Source: Balanoglossus misakiensis
Lineage: Eukaryota > Animalia > Hemichordata
Reading direction: 5' to 3'
Length of the DNA stretch: 64,000 nt
Assembly (NCBI GenBank): GCA_040954595.2
Contig: CM082583.2
Span: 7,934,849 to 7,998,848 of the forward strand
The position numbers and the translations under genes are program-made. Below, piece by piece: positions 45,080 through 58,400 of the stretch (the stretch's first letter is position 1; the number at the start of each line of letters is the position of its first letter). The notes beneath the pieces are model-generated. The model saw only the letters and a program-made list of their open reading frames with translations. It searched no databases and was not told the DNA's origin.

Positions 45080-48042
45080 ATGAATCAGATCGTAAGAACG
45101 TCTAGCATTGTGCAACAGGTGAGTTTTTGTCACTGTCAACTGCGATTTCTACGTTAGTTATCAGTTCTGTGTTGGGATCTGGTTCTCTTAGTGGACACGA
45201 CTATACTCCACGGGCGATAATATGTTTTTTTAGGGTTAGGGTTAGGAGGGTTAGGGTTAGGGTTAAATTCACCCTCACATTGCCACCCCTAACCCTCCTA
45301 ACCCTAACCCTAACTCACCCTCATTGCCATGGTATCGTTGCCATGGGGTATAGTCGTGTCCACTAAGAGAACCAGATCCCTGTGTTGTATGTACATGTAG
45401 TGTATGTCTATCTCACGCTACGCACATGACTTGCTGTATATGATCATGTAAGTTCCAAGGTCCAACAGTCATCAAGTATATACACCAAGATATGACCACC
45501 TTGATGTCTAGTATGATTCATACATGTACACACAAGTTCAGTTGGACAGTGATAATAATTACAAAACATCAAGTTCATCAGTTCCTCTCTTTTTTGTTGC
45601 AGAGGTTGTTGCCAAGGTTACAGACGATCGCACATGTAAGATGTGCATCAGGCAGACCCATGAACACTATTATCAAATTTGTACCACAGCAAGAAGCATG
45701 GATCATAGAAAGAATGGGGAAATTTCACCGTGAATTGCTACCTGTAAGTCAGTAACTATAGTTCATTGTTGAGACGAATGAAGGGAGAACTTCCCTCTTT
45801 GTAAGACATCATCTAGACTGATGTTGGAAAAGGTTATTCATCATTGGAAATATAATCATGTGCTGTCTATTCTTACTTCCTGCATTTTCCTTTCAGGGAA
45901 TCAACTTTCTGTTGCCTATCCTTGACAAGGTGAAGTATGTGCAGAGTCTGAAAGAAATTGCCATTGATATTCCATCACAAACTGCCATCACCATAGGTAC
46001 GAGGTAACACTTGACCATTTTCAGAACTCCAGGAGACCCTGTGAGATTTTGCATGGCTAAGCAATTAATATGGGAGAACACCTTTGTTGGTCCAGCGTGT
46101 CCAAACTCAGAGGTGACCTTTACAATCTGAGTAGCATGAATTCACATATCTTGTCTGTGTGGGTCATCTTGAGTAACACTGACCAAGTCACTTTGCTGCA
46201 AAATACTCGAAAGACACGCTTTTAAATACCAATAATATATCTGCTTTTCTGTTTTCAGACAACGTAACGTTGGGCATTGATGGTGTTCTTTACTTGAGAG
46301 TCATTGATGCATACAAGGTAAAGGGCGCTAGCATTTTCATTTGGATAAAACCACTACATGTACACAAGAAAATGTATATTGTATCAAGCAATCTCCATCA
46401 TCTTTGCACACGTGACAGAGACAACATCTTCCACATCCCTTGGAGGCAGCACTATTTGTTTATTTTCTCTGGGATGGCTCATTCTATTTCAGTTTGTTGT
46501 TGTTCAGATTTTAATAACTATTCGTCATTTCCAGGCAAGTTATGGAGTGGAAGACCCAGAGTACGCAGTCACACAGATAGCGCAGACCACCATGAGATCA
46601 GAGATCGGTAAAATCACACTAGACCACGTCTTCAAAGAAAGGGAGTCACTCAACCAACACATTGTCGGTAAGTAAGAAATCGGCGATCGACATGCCAGCA
46701 CGCGAGAACCAATAAAAACTGACCAGTTTTCAAAATATGTGTCAAACTTATCATATCTTAACGTATCTTTGCTTACAGAGGCAATTAACAATGCAGCTGA
46801 AGCATGGGGTATCCGCTGTCTACGTTACGAAATCAAGGACATCACGCTTCCAAACAGAGTCAAAGAGGCCATGCAAATGCAAGTTGAGGCAGAGAGGAAG
46901 AAGAGAGCTAAAATCTTGCAGTCAGAAGGTCAGTAGCCTGGTCACCATACCCAGTGTGTTTTAGATAGACTCACACACTAGAAAGAAGTCATGCCTCAGA
47001 ATGTTAAATGACTGGAAAATCTCTTGATTTTGAAGTGACTGTAGCTGAAAATATTGGTATAATGGACACTGTTTACATGTACAGTGTGTTATGATATATC
47101 TAGGCTGTTCTAGTAATAATCTGTGCTTACCAGTGTTTTCGTACAGGATTCCTGTACTAAAAACAGGACTCAATCTGCGGATGTCTGAAAATGCTGTTTA
47201 TCTCAATTTTACCAGGACAGAGAGAGTCTGAAATTAACATTGCTGAGGGTATGAAGAGATCCAAGATTTTGGCGTCGGAAGCGTTAAAGACCGAAGCCAT
47301 CAATAAAGCAACTGGTGAGGCCGCGGCCATCATTGCCAAAGCAGAGGCCAGGACAACCGGGTTAAAACTTGTTGCTGGGGCATTAACTGAACAGGTGAGG
47401 GTTATGCGAGGGGTAGGGATTGCAACTGAAGTGTCATTGCTGTTTTTTTTTGTTTTTTAGGTTACATCTAGACTACCAAACACCTTTTTTTCCCCGCATT
47501 CCCACATTTGATCCATGTTTTGTTTTTGTTGTACTCTCACAGCAAGGTGGCAATGCAGCCAGTTTCAACGTAGCAGAGCAGTACATCAGTGCATTCGGCA
47601 ACTTGGCCAAAAAGAGCAATACAGTCTTACTTCCAACGAACACTGGTGATATCACGGGCATGGTTACACAGGTAAGCCCTTCCATTACACGGATAGAACA
47701 ACTTTTAATTCTTGTAACCGGACATGCTTGCCTTTGACGAATAGGTAATGTGAGGTAATACTGATCGGGAATCTATGCTCCGCATTCCGTAGAACCATAA
47801 TGGTGGTACTTTCATTTCATTTGACATCCTTTTTCTTCCTGTTGTGACAGGCTATGGCAATATACAACAATCTCAGTCACACCCAGCAAATGCAGAGTGG
47901 AACTGAAAGAGAAGCAGATGACGTTGAGGAGGAAGACCAGCCCGCTAAGCAGCATGCTGTTGATATTCAACAGTTGACGGACGAGATTGCGCATGAGATA
48001 GACGCGAGTCTAGCCCTGGATGACGACAAAGAGGGCAAATAA
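45080..48042 (+). CDS. STOML2: Stomatin-like protein 2, mitochondrial (SPFH/band 7), about 373 aa
   Basis: Exons 45080-45118, 45603-45743, 45897-45996, 46259-46317, 46535-46667, 46779-46928, 47216-47394, 47543-47671, 47851-48042 (1122 nt). Motifs: FVPQQEAWIIERMGKF, ASYGVEDPEYAVTQIAQTTMRSEIGK, WGIRCLRYEIKDI, MQMQVEAERKKRA, VAEQYISAF. Basic, acid-free N-terminus fits a mitochondrial presequence. Confidence 0.96.
45175..45379. mobile_element. 205-bp MITE with perfect 32-bp TIRs, 8-bp TSD and internal head-to-head telomeric repeats, in STOML2 intron 1
   Basis: TIR GGATCTGGTTCTCTTAGTGGACACGACTATAC and its exact reverse complement. TSD CTGTGTTG at 45167-45174 and 45380-45387. (TTAGGG)n at 45230-45264 and (CCCTAA)n at 45287-45314. 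Confidence 0.9.
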
Positions 48043-49115
48043 TGATAATGTTATTCTAAAATTATTATAAATAATGGCCTATATAAAGTCAACTTCTGTA
48101 CCTTTGCGGATGTCTGGTCTCAGAGAGAGAGGACATCAGAAACGACTGGCATCATTTGCAACCAGTGGATGAATTGGTCATTTGTCAGTTTTTGAGATGG
48201 ACTTGAGAATGCCCCGGTCTGTTTACTACAGTATCTTGCATTGCCTGCATTGTTTTATGGGAACCGAAATGGATCGCACTGCTTGGTAGACGTCTTTTCC
48301 AATTCACTGCTCTGCTGTGCTTTGGAAGCAGTGGATATGTTTATACATAATCATGTTTCAGGGAGTCAAACTATAGATTTTTATTTAGCCTGCCAATCAT
48401 GTGTTTAAAGGGTATTGCTTGCAGTGGTAGCTGGTAGACTGTAGTATTTGTAATAGTGCATGACATCTAACACTTGCAGCAATCCCATGATGCTCAGTGT
48501 TCCTTGAGTGGTCGGGGTGGGGGGGGGGGGGCAGGCAGTGTACAGTACAGCAGAATATTATTGAAACGATTCACATCCAGGTGTAAAAACACCAGGTGAA
48601 TAAGCCAAAAACCCATCAATGTTCACTTCAGTCTTGAATATCTGTGAACCATGAACATGGTAATCTGTGTGTTGTTCATGAGCACAGCAGCAAGCTAACT
48701 TTGTAAATGATTTTGAAAATCTCGTAATAAAACAGGAAGAATGGAATGCTGTCTCTTGTTGTAATTTTGATGTAAATTAAAGGAGTGTTTTGGATTGGGA
48801 AGCCTGTATGTGCATGGCCGCTCAACGTCACTCACATGCCTGTGATGTGAGCTACGAACGGCAATATGCGCCCTCTTTGGTAGACTGCGTTACACTTATG
48901 TTTTTTGTGTGCGCTCAACGTATTGTGCATGTCTGCGCCTGCGCCATCGATCTATTTGTCGACTGTCAGTGAGGCGGAGCTTATCAGGTGGCCCGATTGC
49001 CCTTCGTTGTCCATCGTCTTCATATATATAAAACTGTTATACAAGTCTGAGAAGTTTCAAGATCTGCGCATGATGAATTCCCAAATTAATGTTAACTCTG
49101 GCACTGCATGCTCTG

Positions 49116-49287
49116 TAATGGCTCGGCTAATCATTATGATAAATAGCAGTCATTATGAGTCACTACCATCATTGATGCTTTTAGAATGAACTATCCTAAT
49201 ATAGCTAAACGGATGTTTGTCAAAATGGTCAATAATAAAGCTCAATAATGGCTCGGCTAATCAATATTATAAATAGCAGTCATTATG
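49116..49287. repeat. Local direct duplication of a 42-bp unit
   Basis: TAATGGCTCGGCTAATCA(T/A)TAT(G/T)ATAAATAGCAGTCATTATG at 49116-49157 and 49246-49287. Confidence 0.8.
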
Positions 49288-49547
49288 GGTCCGCTTGAAC
49301 TTAAAACTGTTGGTCTTTTGAATTCTTGGTTAAAGCCACGCAAATTAAAAAAAAAGGTTATTTAGTTCTCATCAACACTGTACTAAGGATACAAGAATAA
49401 AATATAGATGCTAAATCAAGCGATGACAATATTATACCGTTACAATAATTAGTGTTTATTTATTCACTCCTATGCTATTTGTGAATGCCACAGAATACAA
49501 CATATCGATATTGATCGGCATTCATAGGAAATCTTCATTGGAAAATC

Positions 49548-50465
49548 TTACATTTGATATACAAATTTGATTCCAAGCTTTTCTAGTTTATCGGTGATTG
49601 CTTGATCGAAGAATTCGTTTTGAGCGACGGTGAAGTGTTTCTTCCAGTCGCCGACGTGTCCTCTGCGCATGTGCCTAGACCCCTCAGATAGGCAATCCTC
49701 TCCCCCGGCCATTGAATATTCCCTGTAGAACTCTTCACCGCTACGCATTTCGGAAAATTCACAAGATTTCACCACTCTCTCAATTTCGTCGTCCGTCTTC
49801 GGACGATCCAGGAAATCTGCAACTTTGGCCAGCACAGACTTCATATCGATCTTCATTTCTTCATACGTGACAAAAAGCACGTTGTCGTCTAGGCCATATT
49901 GTTTCCACCCTGACACGTGATCCAGCCAGGGACCATACCAGACTTTACCCTCAACGAACGCTTTCACCCAATCGTCCCAGTTTAAATTCATGTCAACTAG
50001 GAAAGCTTCTCTAAAGTGATAATAATAGGACACGCATACATCCTTCGGATTTCGGGCTATGTAGATAAATTTACATCTTCGGCCTCCTTCTTTCCACGAC
50101 GCGGGAAGAAACTGAGAAGGGGAGTGATCGTACAGCAACCTTGGCGATGGCATCTCGTGAAGCGATGTCTTGACCGTCTTGACGAACTCCGCATAAGGAC
50201 CTTGCTCATTGTCGGTGTTTTCGCATAGCACGCTGAGTCGAACAGTTTTGTTGATTTTCGGCATCAAGAAGTTCAGGTCACCAAATAGGCTACTGATTGC
50301 CTTCAACAGCCAGTAGGTTCCGGACTTTGGAAACGTCACGATGACGACATCATCTGGCCTGATATCCCACTTCTCGATGGGGTTGGCTTTGAGAGTTTCC
50401 ATGTCGTGCAGACAGTCGAGGAAATAGCATCCCTTGTAGAAAAAACCTGGCCACTCTTGTGACAT
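49548..50465 (-). CDS. Cytosolic PAPS-dependent sulfotransferase (SULT family), single coding exon, 305 aa
   Basis: Uninterrupted ORF. 5'-PSB TFPKSGTYW, catalytic His in RLLYDHSP, 3'-PB RNPKDVCVSYY, YEEMK, RRGHVGDWK and dimerization motif KKHFTVAQNE. Confidence 0.93.
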   Translation of the reverse strand: MSQEWPGFFYKGCYFLDCLHDMETLKANPIEKWDIRPDDVVIVTFPKSGTYWLLKAISSLFGDLNFLMPKINKTVRLSVLCENTDNEQGPYAEFVKTVKTSLHEMPSPRLLYDHSPSQFLPASWKEGGRRCKFIYIARNPKDVCVSYYYHFREAFLVDMNLNWDDWVKAFVEGKVWYGPWLDHVSGWKQYGLDDNVLFVTYEEMKIDMKSVLAKVADFLDRPKTDDEIERVVKSCEFSEMRSGEEFYREYSMAGGEDCLSEGSRHMRRGHVGDWKKHFTVAQNEFFDQAITDKLEKLGIKFVYQM

Positions 50466-52485
50466 GTTAACAGACAGCTTAGTTTCCTTTCACGGTGCGT
50501 GTATGCCACTACCAGAGTCTGAGTCCAAATAATGATAGTGAGGCGACGAGTCTCCCTAAATTATAAACTTTTTTTATTTAATGTATCATAGATGCTTTTG
50601 GAATGAACTATCCAAAAATAGCTGAAAAGATGAGTTCGTTTCCAAATATGGGCAGACTCCAACGATGGATGAGTTCATCACAAGTTCTTTTTTTCAAAAT
50701 GGCCGATATTTGTGTCGTGAACCCGAGCAATGCTCATGACACTTTCTCACTAATTCCCTGCACCGCTTCATTCCTGTCGCCACTAAGAAGATGAAATCAT
50801 CGTTTCGGATGAAGACGGAGTATTTATTAAATTATTCAAACACATAAACTGGAATCAGCAATACTTGCGTACTGTCGAGAAAAAATGTAAATTTCAATAT
50901 ATGGCAACGATGTCTACAACCTGTCGATCCGCCATGCATTCTCTCGCTTCCGTGGGATATCGAGTAACAAACACACCAGCAGAAAAAACGCTTCGTTTAT
51001 GAAAAGTTTATTTTAGCTTATTTTATACAAACTTGCGGAAATATTTTAAAAATTTTCTAGCGTTGAAAAAAATAAGGGGGGTTAAAACACTAATATTAAA
51101 TAGCTCAATTTTAACTAGAATGTAAGGACAATCGTGGCGGTGTTAATCGAGGTGATAAGCATTTTCATCAGAGCTATTTAATGGCATTCCACAAACAATC
51201 GTTAATATCTCATTTCTACGTATCCAAAAAGAAAGAAAGCCGGAGTTTTATCACACAATGTGGATGGCGAAACATTGATATCTTACACGGGTGGTGATTT
51301 CTTGTGTAAAAAGTAAATATTGGCGACTTTAAGGATCTTTGAAGTATTTGGAATTCCTTTTATAGCCCCTGTGTTCGCCTACTAGCCATGTGCACAGATT
51401 ACGCGCTTGTGATGGGAAATTTAAAAATTCGACATCCAAACTTCCATCAATACTATCAAGACTGTATGCAACTTTGTCAAGATTATTTTGGGCGAGAACT
51501 TCGGCCGCGGACAATATTTTTCGATAAAAGATATGATGGCGCCCGGGTAAAACTCTCGTTTGAGATTTTACCCCTTGAAGTTCATATATAACCTCCAAAT
51601 GTAGAACTTGGTTGAGCTAAAACACTTCCAGAGTTTTGATCTGTGCACACTACGGGCGACGAAAAAGGTGTCTTGATCGGCCAAACCACTTGTGTAGTTA
51701 CCGTGGGTCAACTGATGGCTGGAGTTGTGATCTGTCGCTGGAGGCGCTCTTGCGTGCAAGAGTGCTTCGAACTCGAGGAACTGGTACATGTACATTCAGC
51801 CTTACCCAGATTCCCTCTGCGACAGAGGGGACTCTGTCTCACCCATGGTGGACATTGGTCAGTTGACAGCTTTATGTAGCGTCAAAAGTGACAAAACTTA
51901 CCACTGCTGCCGAATTATTAGTCTTACACTGTTTAAACACTAGAATGTAAGTGAAATGTATTATTTTTTATCCTTGCACTGGTGTAGTGGTGCGTCGAGA
52001 AGACAAACCACTTAAAGAACGTAGTTTCCCTTCTGATAACCGTGTACAATTTCACACGTTATCAAAATAATTAAACCCTTCGTGCTATCCGACAATAAAA
52101 TATCAATACTACTCTTCGTAATTTAGAGTGGACACGCGCATTGTAGGCCGGACCACGCGATGATAACTTCAGTTGAAAATTCATGCCATACTAAAAACTG
52201 CATATTGTAAATATTTTGAATAAAACCTCTCTAACTTGTACTACCTTGGAACGCCTGTAGGATTATGTAAAATATCGTTTGGCAATTGCACACAGTGTCT
52301 TCATCATAAGACAATGTACACACACCTCAAGGTATTGTCTCTCTATGGTTATTTGTCATAATTCTGTATATCTATATAAGGGAAGGAACGAAATTCCTGC
52401 ATTTTCTCGGAAGACTGGGTTAACTTGCGTGCATCAAATCGGCGACCTTGCATTTCTATGCAAAGAAAAATCGCACCTTCGCGCG

Positions 52486-55400
52486 TCACGAAGTTTCGGC
52501 GATCATCACAAAGGCGGTATTTGCTGCGGTCCAGATGCTAAAGGACACCAAACACAACCTGTCAACCACCATGGCCGCGAACTTCCAGTCACCAATCAAG
52601 GCATTCTCCTCGTCTTGATCATTCAGCATGGACGTGATCTGTTTCATCTCCTCCAAGATGGCCGACGTGTCTCTTAGCAACAGGGCCGACTCCACCGGCA
52701 GGGCTTTCGTCTCTTCCGGTTTCTCTTGCAGCTCCTTGCTGTAGGCTCGTTCGCGACCCTGTGCGTGGTACGTGTCATAGTTCAGGAAGGCGTTGGCCAG
52801 CCTCGTTCCCACTTTCTTCATTTCGTTGTTTCTGAGGTTGTTCTGTGCCGCCCGTTTGATCTTGATGTCTTCTGGCCTTTTCATGCACAAGACCGTTGGG
52901 AGGAACTTCAACAAGATGAAGCGAGTCTGAAAGAAAACACTCTTTTAAAATAGTAAATGTGCAAGTATGAGGCTTTAGTAAGGGAGAACAATCTCAAACC
53001 AAACAGAAGGATGTTAATATATATAGAGTTAACATATTCAATAACAGATCCACTCGGATTTTACCTCATCAACAAAGAAACAAATACTAATAAATTGATT
53101 GAACCTTCACACATAGAAAACTTACCACTCGACCCATTTCATGGAAATCCGGATGTCTGTGGTGCAAGTTGAGAACAACGATGGTAAAAACAACGGATAT
53201 ACCGACCATGACAATGGTGAGGGCGTAGTAGACACCTTCAGGCGAAAAGGGAGAAACAAAAATGCACAATGTTAAAATACATGACTGGAACTATTTGTGC
53301 TGAAAGTGGAATAGTGTACGATGTGTATGCAAATTATCCCCCCTAAAACTATCAAAAGCGAGTAAGGCAGCCACTTTCTTGCCAGGAGTCATTTCTGTAC
53401 CACGGGACTTACCTATCAGCGGCACGACGCCCGCAGGCGGCATTTGCTCGGATATGATGAGTGAAAAGACGGTGAGGGAGAGCAGAATGGTTATTCCTGA
53501 AACAGTGGAAAGAGTTATCGGTCAGTCGGGTAGGACGGTTAAGGATGCGTTTCGCACTTTTGGTTAATGTATAGGTAGATATGTACATGTTTGCAGCTTT
53601 ATTTCTGTACTGCATGCCTCAGGCCAATCGCACAACCCGGATTCTCCGCCTGCCATGTTGGATGTTGCTAATCTCGCGCTCGTATCGTGATCGCCGAGAT
53701 CTCGTCGGCCATGTTCGTCTAAGGCTTATTCAGAAAAAAAGGATAGTTCTCCAAACCTTTGAATGTCATGCTATATAAAAGTGTGTGATGCATGTTTTTG
53801 TAAGCAAAGATATAGCAAAATATGTGAAGGGCGTATTGGAATATTCTAGCACTTGTGTGGAGTATAGATTCTCGTTCGAAACTCACCGAGCGCCAATTTT
53901 TCGCCAGAATCTGGCGGAAGTGTAAAACTGATCAAGGTCAGTAAGGACATCAAGACACACGGTAGGACCAAGTTGAAGTTGTAGTACAACGTCTTCCTTT
54001 TCATACGAATATAAAATGTGATGTCTGGGAAGGGCTCTTTGCAGCAAGGATAAAACAGCTCCGTACGGTTTGCTGCAATATCTAACAAACAAACAAACAA
54101 ACAAACAAACAAACAAACAAACAAACAAAACAAAGCATAATTTAGAGGGAATACGAATTGTAATTATCATCGTCGTCATCGTCATCATCATTATCATCAT
54201 ACTGTTTTGCATATGCATTTCCACTTACCCAAGAGGTCCCACTCTCCATTTTCCATAAAATTATCGGTGTCCCCCTTCTCCCAAAGTTTAACCAAATTCA
54301 ACTGGAAACCATCAAATGTCCAGGAACCAAACTTCAAGGGGCACACTTGCTGATCGTACGGGAAAGACTTGACATCAATGATGCACGTGCTCCTGAATAT
54401 TCCCGGCGGTATCCAAAGGCAGTCACCGGAAGAATACACTACAACATTGGTGTGGAATGTGCCGTCGAAGCGGTCATCGGCGCTGTAATGTGAATGCGTA
54501 CAGTGAAGTTGTTAATTGTACAACTTTTCATGTGACAAACATTCCTATGTGGGATACAGAGACGAACAAATATCGAGTGAATGGGTGAGTGAGTGAATGA
54601 GTGAAAGAATGAGTGAATGAGTGAAACCATCTCATCGCATCGTCAGAAAAATAGCGAAAGTCATCGAGCATGCGCACGGACTTTCAAAAAAATAAAGATA
54701 CAACCATGAAGCCTGGATTTTCAACTTGGCTTAAGACCAAAATGGAATTTGTGGTTTGATCATCAAGACTGGACAGTGAAAAATGTGCGACGAAGGTCTG
54801 AAATAATCTTAAATGTGACAAATGGGATATTGAGATCGCTTTGACCAATCATGGAATGCGCATGCGTGGCATACTCGAAGTACACCCTTTACTTCATGCA
54901 CGTACGATTATAAAATTTTGAATAAAAAGAGAATCGAGCGTTGATCACGAATACACTGTACCTCACTAGCAGTTGTTGAAAATCCAGGCTAACGATAGCG
55001 TACAGACGAAGAAAAAAGAGAACGGCAACTTCAGTTTACTGATGACAGGTGGAATCAACGATTCTTGTTAATTAAAATATAGAAGTAGGCGATGCGCCCT
55101 GCGCGACAAACAGGACACATAACTGCAAAATTCACTAAGGAGTTCTTCTGAAAGATGTGAGATGCTGAGATGAATACAATGTCCTGATTGAAGCGCCACC
55201 ACCCAGAATGGTGTCAACACTTTCGTTTTACGGCTAGACCACGAAGGGAACCCGAGCCACGAAATAAATATTACGATCACGTGACTCTCACGGCCCAAAC
55301 ATTAGATTCTCCACCAATCGCAAGGTCACCTTGATGCTCGAGTCGTCTTTCACTCGAGAAATTTGACCCCAAGAAAATATCAACTGTCCTAAAAGTTTCA

Positions 55401-58400
55401 AATGGAATCCTAAAAACCCATTAGTCCGAAGTAGAACCACGTGGAACTTTTTGTCTCGGGAGGTCACTCTTGTGGTATTCACTCTTAGTAATGGATTCAA
55501 AACTATGCTTGTCTGAGTGCAACAGAAAAAATACGTTTAAAAGGGTTGCCGACCCCCAGCATGACTTGGTCGGCGAGTGCATATTTATATAGAGACATAC
55601 GAAATGTGACCAAGGTTTGTGGCTTCTGCAATATGATACTTGCTTATTTAGAATTTTCAATCTCCGTTCACTGACTGATGAATTTCTGCGAACCTCTCAC
55701 GTTATACTTACTTAAAAAGTACACTATTCATGCCCTCTCAGTGTTTATTAAAAGAAATACAACCTCCTCTCTCAGTCTTAATTAATTACTATCGGTAGGC
55801 GCTTTCTCCTTAATGAACTCCAATCTGCATATTTGGAGTATTAGGCCCAGACTCTTCATGCTAAATCTCAGCCCCAGACGTAGACATGGCGCGATTAGAC
55901 TGTCCTACATGATTAGTGCAATGCTTCACTGAGGGATTTTAACGATTTTCCCTGAATATGAACTCTGCGATGTCATCTTTGAGAAAAGCTAATTAAAGAA
56001 ACTGGCAGGACTCTATGTCGTGCACAGTTTATAACATATCACGAAAGGTAGATAATTGATCATTTTTCCAATTTACATCAAATCAGTGTTTCCTTCCGGT
56101 AACCTAGAACTCCATTATCAATTAGGAAACATAAGCCAAGAATGTTCAGCTTGGGCATTTCAAAATGATGAGCAGTTTGCATCTTTGATGAATGTTGAAC
56201 GATTCATCGCGCCCGATTTACACGATCATCATTAACGATTTCTGCGCATCACGAATCTGATCCCGATTTACCGTCGGGTAGTTTTGCAAGGGTCAGAGGT
56301 CAGCATCTCGTGCGCTGAATCGCGGCTCATTTACCGTCTAAACTTTGAACACGGCTCTTGCGATTGCTACCGATGCATCATGCTCACCCAGGCAGCTATA
56401 AACGAATACAAGGAAAATCAATTTTTCAATTGAAACAGGTTTCGGGCACGCAAAGTGGGATTACCGGCGGAGAAAACCCGTGGTTTCTGTTCGCTAATGA
56501 ATTAAGGTGATCTCATCTGAAAATTTTGTGCCGAGTGAATAATAAATCTTGAGGTAGCTGTCTCAGAATCAGCGTCCTTGCACTACTGTTACAATGCAAA
56601 TACCAGTTGACACGTAACTACACCCAGCTTACTAACACAGTCAGCATTGTTTTTGTTCGAAATTCGAATTCAAGTCCGGACTAGAATTCATTTGTGAAGA
56701 ATAACAAAGGCAAGCGGAATACTGTGTGTGTTAGCATGCCGTTTGGAATTTAATAAAACTCGCAGCGGAAAAGGGCATTCTGTTATTGACTTATTTAAAC
56801 GCCGTGTCAGCAGGCCTAAAGGTTGCAGGGCCTACTTCTGTATTCAGCGTGGAACCGCATCCGGTTCCGGTTCCAGGGATCACAGTGACATACACACCGA
56901 TCAAGGGAATTTAATCAAGTGGTTGCGGTGTAACACGCGTTTAGAATAATAATAGTCCGTAAGCGATGCATTATGTTGACCAAGTCTGTCTCTACTGTTG
57001 CAGCCGAAATCTAACAGATATCTATTCTCGGCCTGGATTCGGCATTTTAGGTGTTTAGTACCCGTGTCAGTCACTATATGTATAGTGATTTGAAAATCAG
57101 TAACCCGACATAAAGTTGCTACTAGTGTTACGCGTCTAACCAGGGTTTCAGATATTTTATGCATTTCACAACCAGGATCGAATTCTGAGACCTTCTTGGG
57201 AGTTGTGAAGAACTCATAAAACCAATAACGATTCCCGAGTAGTAATATAAAGTTACAAGTTTAAGGGTCACGCCCGTTGGACATTTTTTCCCGAACATTC
57301 TTTATTTGTCATTTTCTTCGGCCTTGGGCCTTGGGAGGGATGGGTGGTGTTTTTTAAATGGCGAATTCCCTGTGTCCTCATCTTGCGAAATAAAAACTCG
57401 CGTTGAATGAATAAAATATCATGGCTTATAATTTGGACAATAAGACGCACTTGGCGTCTGTTTTACGACCATAAAAATCTCCTGATACATATCAAGTTGA
57501 CTATTACTCCAGGCCAATTTCTCTCTTATTTGACTGACCTTTCTCGTCCCAAAGTTCAAGATCATAGACAACTGGCACATTAACGCGATGGCGCTGAGGT
57601 ACACGGCGACGAGCACACACAGGTCGCAGGACCTGACCTAGCAACGGGGAATCACAGAGCGCCGATCGCAATGAGTTCTGTAACTTGAGCGTCCAAGTTG
57701 CAGGTTACAGTTGACAAGCATATCGTGTTCAGCTTCTGGAGTTACGCATCTACGTAAGACATGTTATTCGCGGCCATCTACCAGGACTGCATTCCGTATA
57801 GTGACCATTTAAAGTCCAATACCGCGACGACACATTGGACGATGCGAATAGTTTGGTCAGGAAGAACTGCATTTTTGCATTGATGCGGTCGTCGAAATTT
57901 ACCAGCAAAGATACCAATGACCCAAAATAATAAAACAATATTGACAGAACACCGCTTATTTTCCGGGATTAGCTCATTATCTAACATTTGGTATCGCGAA
58001 TATTGAGAAATGTTAGCTGCAGTTTGTGTGCGTGGGTGGGTGGGTTGGTGTGCAGACATTGATTAATACGCATAATAACAAGTGTCACCTGTTATACATA
58101 AGCACATCGGGAACCCATATCTTGTCTGATGGAACTCGAATCGACGAAACACCGCCATACTGGCTCTCATTCCAAGACAGATAGTTGTCGTTCCATATCT
58201 GCAATGAATTAACGTGAAACGATTTGGGTCAACAGATGTTGGCGATCAAAAAGAGACGCATGCGCCGCAAGGACGATTCGATATATCAGCTAACATTGTC
58301 ATTCGAGGGACGACAGGCTCACAGTGAACGACATAAAACCGTGGAGTAACATTAAGGTTTCATATGATCATTAATCGTTCCGATGGTGAAAAAGGAGATT

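Noticed and set aside
45230-45314. Head-to-head TTAGGG/CCCTAA as a chromosome-fusion scar
   Set aside because: Enclosed by perfect TIRs and an 8-bp TSD inside an intron of an intact gene, so it is transposon-borne.
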